Program-made: the position numbers and the translations under genes
In this document: positions 55,254 to 58,947 of the stretch, piece after piece
Layout of the letters: each line of letters begins with the position of its first letter
How positions within the stretch are numbered: position 1 is the first letter of the stretch
NCBI GenBank assembly: GCA_947631045.1
Contig: CANRJV010000002.1
Location: 1-58,947, forward strand
Length of the DNA: 58,947 bases
Reading direction: 5' to 3'
Origin: an uncultured Bacilli bacterium
GTDB taxonomy: Bacteria > Bacillota_I > Bacilli_A > RF39 > UBA660
The notes under the pieces: generated by a model
Databases searched by the model: none
The model's input: the letters and a program-made list of their open reading frames with translations, nothing else
What the model was told of the DNA's origin: nothing

Positions 55254-57243
55254 TTGGTTTTACTATTTCTTAATTATCTTTCTGATTATTTATATTTTTC
55301 TAAATACTATTGTTATTAGATATGAAACTTCTAATCCTAATCCTGATTATTTAGAAGGGATAATTACAGATATAAATTTTAATGCAGATAATATTAGTTT
55401 TATTTTAAAAGGAGGGGAAAAAGCAAGATGTGTTTATTATGGTAATGATATTAATTTTGCTGATTACTTAGGGAAAAAGGTAAGAGTTAAGGGAAGTATC
55501 ATCCCAATTTACAATAATACTATTCCCAATACTTTTAATTATCAAAAATATTTATATAATAAAAGAATTTATTTAAATTATAATGTTAAAGAAGTAGAAA
55601 TTTTAAAAGATGAAAATCTATTCTTTAAAATCAAAAAATTAATTTATCAAAGAATAGATGGAATTACGAAAAATGATAATTTAAGTAAAACTTATTTAAA
55701 TTTATTTATTTTAGGAAATAAAGATTATTTAAGTGAAGATTTAAAAGATATATACCGAGTTAATGGAATAATGCATCTTTTTGCGATATCAGGGATGCAT
55801 ATTAGTTTATTTATTTTATTATTAAATAAAATATTAAAAAACTTTAAATTTAAAAAAGGATTTATAATTGCCTTTTTAGGCTTTTATTCATTCTTAGTTA
55901 ATTTTACAGCTTCGGTTTTAAGAGTGGTATTGTTTTATAGCTTAAAATATCTTTTTGAAAATTTACAGATTGATTTAGATAATCAAAAGATTTTATTTCT
56001 AAGCCTTACCATTATTTTATTAATTGAGCCATTTATGATTTATGATATTGGTCTTTTATATTCTTATAGTATTGCTTTTGCATTACTTTTCTTTAAAGAA
56101 AAAATAACGGGTAATTATCTTCAAAGGATTTTTAAAATAAGTTTTATTGCTTTAACAGTGAGTTTACCAATAGCCATTAATATGAATTATGAGATAAATT
56201 TTCTTAGTTTATTTTTGAATCTATTATTTGTACCTTTAGTAAGCTTTATAATTTTTCCTTTAAGTATTATTACCTTTATTTGTTCTCCGTTATTACCAAT
56301 ATTAAAAGTATTTTTAACTCTTTTAGAGAGTCTTAATATCTTTTTTTATAATTATCGTCTTACTTTATTAATCCCGAAAATGCCCATTATTTTAATTGTT
56401 TTATATTATCTAGTAATTTTGATTATTGTAAAATATCATAAATCCAAAGGAATATTAATCTTAACTTTTATTGTCTTTGTAAATGTTTTAATTCCCAAAT
56501 TAGATAATAATTATTATGTCTATTATTTAGATGTTGGTCAAGGGGATAGTTCTTTACTTATAAGTCCTCATAAAGAAGAAGTTATAATGATTGATACAGG
56601 TGGAACATTTAAAGATAATTATCATATTTCTAAAAATACGATTACTTTTTTAAAAAGTTTAGGGATTAATAAAATTGATTTATTAATTATTTCGCATGGG
56701 GATGTTGATCATGCTAAAGAGACTTTATATCTTTTAGATAAGTTTAGAGTTAATAATATTATTCTTAACCATAATAAAGATAATAATTTAGAAAAAAAGA
56801 TTAGAGAAAGCGGAAAAGTTAATGATAAATATCAAAGTAAATACTTTAGTTTTCAGAACATTAATGATTATCTTAGTGCTAATGAAAATGATAGCAGTAT
56901 TATTACTTATTTAAAAATTTATAATTATTCTTTTCTTTTTCTTGGTGATATTTCTAAATCTATTGAAGAAAATTTAATTAAAGATTATAATTTGCAAGGT
57001 AATTTTTTAAAACTAGCTCATCATGGTTCTAAGACGAGTAGTAGTGAAGAATTTTTAAAAAACTTTAAGATTAATTTAGCCATTATTTCGAGTGGGCGGA
57101 ATAATATGTATAATCATCCCTCGAAAGAAACAATAGAAAATTTAGAAAAATTAAATATTAAGTATTTAAATACCCAAACTAGTGGAACAATTTTATTAAA
57201 ATTGAGAAAAAATGACTACATTGTAAAAGAGTACAAGCCATAA
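55213..57243 (+). CDS. comEC: DNA internalisation channel ComEC/Rec2
   Basis: Multi-TM competence domain (GIMHLFAISGMHISL) and a C-terminal metallo-beta-lactamase domain (DVGQGDS, ISHGDVDH, AHHGS). Overlaps the comEA end. Confidence 0.93.
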   Translation: MLYLKKLRTILQSNWFYYFLIIFLIIYIFLNTIVIRYETSNPNPDYLEGIITDINFNADNISFILKGGEKARCVYYGNDINFADYLGKKVRVKGSIIPIYNNTIPNTFNYQKYLYNKRIYLNYNVKEVEILKDENLFFKIKKLIYQRIDGITKNDNLSKTYLNLFILGNKDYLSEDLKDIYRVNGIMHLFAISGMHISLFILLLNKILKNFKFKKGFIIAFLGFYSFLVNFTASVLRVVLFYSLKYLFENLQIDLDNQKILFLSLTIILLIEPFMIYDIGLLYSYSIAFALLFFKEKITGNYLQRIFKISFIALTVSLPIAINMNYEINFLSLFLNLLFVPLVSFIIFPLSIITFICSPLLPILKVFLTLLESLNIFFYNYRLTLLIPKMPIILIVLYYLVILIIVKYHKSKGILILTFIVFVNVLIPKLDNNYYVYYLDVGQGDSSLLISPHKEEVIMIDTGGTFKDNYHISKNTITFLKSLGINKIDLLIISHGDVDHAKETLYLLDKFRVNNIILNHNKDNNLEKKIRESGKVNDKYQSKYFSFQNINDYLSANENDSSIITYLKIYNYSFLFLGDISKSIEENLIKDYNLQGNFLKLAHHGSKTSSSEEFLKNFKINLAIISSGRNNMYNHPSKETIENLEKLNIKYLNTQTSGTILLKLRKNDYIVKEYKP

Positions 57244-57368
57244 AATATAATACATTATATAATGTTTTATATAGATTAAAAGGGCCTGGCTCTTTTTTCT
57301 TGGAAGAATACTTGACATAAATTTCAAATGTGGTATAATATTTCTCACTAAAAAAGGGGGAAAATATA

Positions 57369-58247
57369 ATGAATAATTTAAAGAAAAAGTTATTAAAAAT
57401 GTATTCAACATTAACTATATATCAAAATGCTTATCGCCTTAAATCGGGTCTTTTAGCGGGAATTACTGGCTTAAGCGCTGTTGGCTATGGTAATTTAAAT
57501 ACGAATTTAGTAAAATCACCAAATTCATCTCTAAAAATAAGTGAGCCATTATATCAAGAGGCTGATTATATTGAGTGTCTTTCTCAAGTTTTAACAAATC
57601 CTGATAATACACAAGATTATACAGAATTAACTAACGAAGTAATTGCGGCTTTAAATGTATCTGCTGATTATAAAAAAGATGTTCTCGCTGTATTAAAAGC
57701 TCTTTTATCTAAGGATGTTACTTATGAAATTAATAAAAGACAAGAAAATCGTATTTATTTAAGTAATAGTGATCATAGTAGTCATATAGTTATTGCCAAG
57801 AATCCTTCTAAGGGAACATTAACAATTTCGACTCCTGATTCTGCTAATAAAGACTATGCAAGAGCATTACACATAACTTTTTCTGAAAATGAAAATGTAA
57901 GAATAGACATTACAAAAGAATCTAAATTAGATAGCCAATATGTGCATCAATTGCATTATAAGGCAAAGAGTGTTAATTTAGTAATGACACTTCGTCAACC
58001 AACTACCTATATAAATGGTGAATTACAATATGAAGAAATGGGTATGAATTATAATGTTACTGGCAATGAATATGATGTTTTCAAAACAATAATTGAATGT
58101 TATGATAATGGTTTATCTTTTTCTGAAACAAGTGACAATTTAGAACCATACATATTAAACTATGAAAAATTACCATTTTCTGAAGAAGAAAATTTAATAT
58201 CTAAAGAAGATGTTGAAAGAAAACTGACTCGTATAAATCTTCGATAA
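57369..58247 (+). CDS. hypothetical protein, possibly exported
   Basis: 292-aa ORF with a TTGACA...TATAAT promoter and RBS GGGGGA. Hydrophobic segment LLAGITGLSAVGYG near the N-terminus. Confidence 0.65.
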   Translation: MNNLKKKLLKMYSTLTIYQNAYRLKSGLLAGITGLSAVGYGNLNTNLVKSPNSSLKISEPLYQEADYIECLSQVLTNPDNTQDYTELTNEVIAALNVSADYKKDVLAVLKALLSKDVTYEINKRQENRIYLSNSDHSSHIVIAKNPSKGTLTISTPDSANKDYARALHITFSENENVRIDITKESKLDSQYVHQLHYKAKSVNLVMTLRQPTTYINGELQYEEMGMNYNVTGNEYDVFKTIIECYDNGLSFSETSDNLEPYILNYEKLPFSEEENLISKEDVERKLTRINLR

Positions 58248-58276
58248 TTGACATAAAAAGAAAAATAAGATAGAAT
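58248..58276 (+). promoter_or_regulatory. promoter upstream of the toxN-like locus
   Basis: TTGACA (58248-58253), 17 nt, TAGAAT (58271-58276). Confidence 0.6.
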
Positions 58277-58282
58277 ATTATT

Positions 58283-58369
58283 GAATTAAGTAATTAATTC
58301 TTAAAAGAGGAAACCCCATCCGTTAAAAGGGAATAATAAAAGGTACTAGTATTTTACTAGTATTTTTTT
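58283..58369 (+). ncRNA. short leader RNA ending in a strong terminator, in the position of a type III antitoxin
   Basis: ~85 nt between the promoter and the hairpin TACTAGTA-ttt-TACTAGTA plus T7 (58344-58369). I could not see tandem repeats in it. Confidence 0.35.
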
Positions 58370-58425
58370 CTTGAAATAACGCAAAAAAACTTTACAAACA
58401 AATATTTGCGAGGGAGGTAAAAAAA

Positions 58426-58816
58426 ATGAAAAATGTAAAAATTGTTCAACTTAATGAAGATTATTATAATTATTTGCGAAAATTTGATAAGAGAGTATGT
58501 ATAAATCATGATAAGATTAGACCTTATATGGGGGGGGGTATTATTTAAAATAGGCGATATAGAATACTTTGCTCCTTTATCTAGTCCTAAAACTAAGCAC
58601 CAAAAAATGAATAACAGTATTGATTTTCATAAGATAGAAAATGAATTTAAGCAAAATGGCAAAAAAGAAAAAGAATTGATTGGAGTAATTAATTTTAATA
58701 ATATGATTCCAGTTATGTCATACAATTATAAGTTAATTAACTTTAATACTAAATGTAAAAATGAAGCCGAAAAAAAGTATTTTTCATTATTATATTTAGA
58801 TTTTATTTTTATATAG
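58426..58816 (+). pseudogene. ToxN/AbiQ-family type III toxin gene, frameshifted at a G9 tract and 3'-truncated by an IS
   Basis: Frame 1 gives MKNVKIVQLNEDYYNYLRKFDKRVCINHDKIRPYMGGG, then a stop. Frame 2 continues VLFKIGDIEYFAPLSSPKTKH (ToxN APL[ST]SPK motif). G9 lies at 58530-58538, and a G8 tract would restore the frame. The ORF ends where the IS left end begins. Confidence 0.75.
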
Positions 58817-58947
58817 TAGGAAAGTCACGCAAAAAGAGGAATACACATTGACATTCGTTTGTTCGTATAATATAATTGTATCATCTAGGAGGTAATGGTT
58901 GTGTTAGTAAATCGAGCTTATAAATTTAGAATGTATCCAAATGCTGA
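58817..58947 (+). mobile_element. left end of a second, apparently intact IS605-family tnpB element (continues beyond the window)
   Basis: Aligns with 46030-46160. Internal promoter TTGACA-17-TATAAT, then RBS AGGAGG. Confidence 0.75.
58901..58947 (+). CDS. tnpB: TnpB (IS605 OrfB-type RNA-guided nuclease), N-terminal 15 codons only
   Basis: GTG 58901 lies 8 nt after AGGAGG. VLVNRAYKFRMYPNA matches the canonical TnpB N-terminus (AYKFR.YPN). Confidence 0.7.
   Translation, partial: MLVNRAYKFRMYPNA

Noticed and set aside
58283-58343. A ToxI/AntiQ-like tandem repeat array upstream of the toxN-like gene.
   Set aside because: Only loose recurrences of TAAAAG(A/G)G were found, with no periodic repeat. 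It is recorded as a leader RNA of unknown nature.

Overview
A low-GC (high-20s % G+C by eye) Bacillota-type chromosomal segment. It uses the standard code: TGA is a stop, for example at the nusB and 24439-24837 stops, so this is not a code-4 Mollicute. The backbone is housekeeping: mutS, nusB, xseA/xseB, priA, a T-box leader plus valS, def, lepA, hemW, murG-murB-divIB, queH, rpsB-tsf, ppdK, a SEDS protein and comEA-comEC. I saw no rRNA, tRNA or CRISPR array. Accessory material sits between the housekeeping blocks, and six items stand out. (1) An RHH-repressor-controlled, 792-aa secreted protein is built from two tandem ~283-aa modules. Each module ends in a 126-nt adenine-poor, GC-rich hypervariable cassette (12454-12579 and 13306-13431). 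This looks like diversity-generating-retroelement (DGR) variable regions, but no reverse transcriptase or template repeat is visible in the window. I consider this the most interesting signal. (2) A two-gene module (38544-41571) encodes a MoxR/AAA_5-type ATPase with a ~280-aa unknown N-terminal domain, plus a DUF2201-type HExxH/VWA protein. (3) An accessory, defence-island-like stretch (45.2-52.9 kb) holds a truncated Abi_2 gene, a decayed TnpB element, and a type III toxin-antitoxin locus with 2 x 49-nt RNA repeats, a terminator and a CptN-like toxin. It also holds a co-transcribed 490-aa HExxH protein, a SWIM zinc-finger protein and a divergent Tmk-like kinase. (4) A second type III toxin (ToxN/AbiQ-like) at the right edge is frameshifted at a G9 tract and truncated by a second copy of the TnpB element. 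(5) An IS200 element splits a Fic gene, and a second intact Fic gene lies opposite an AbiEi-like-wHTH/TPR protein. (6) A ~340-nt cassette flanked by 33/34-nt direct repeats after queH encodes a structured RNA with a 35-aa hydrophobic peptide, resembling a type I toxin. All family assignments come from motif recognition by eye. No database search was run.
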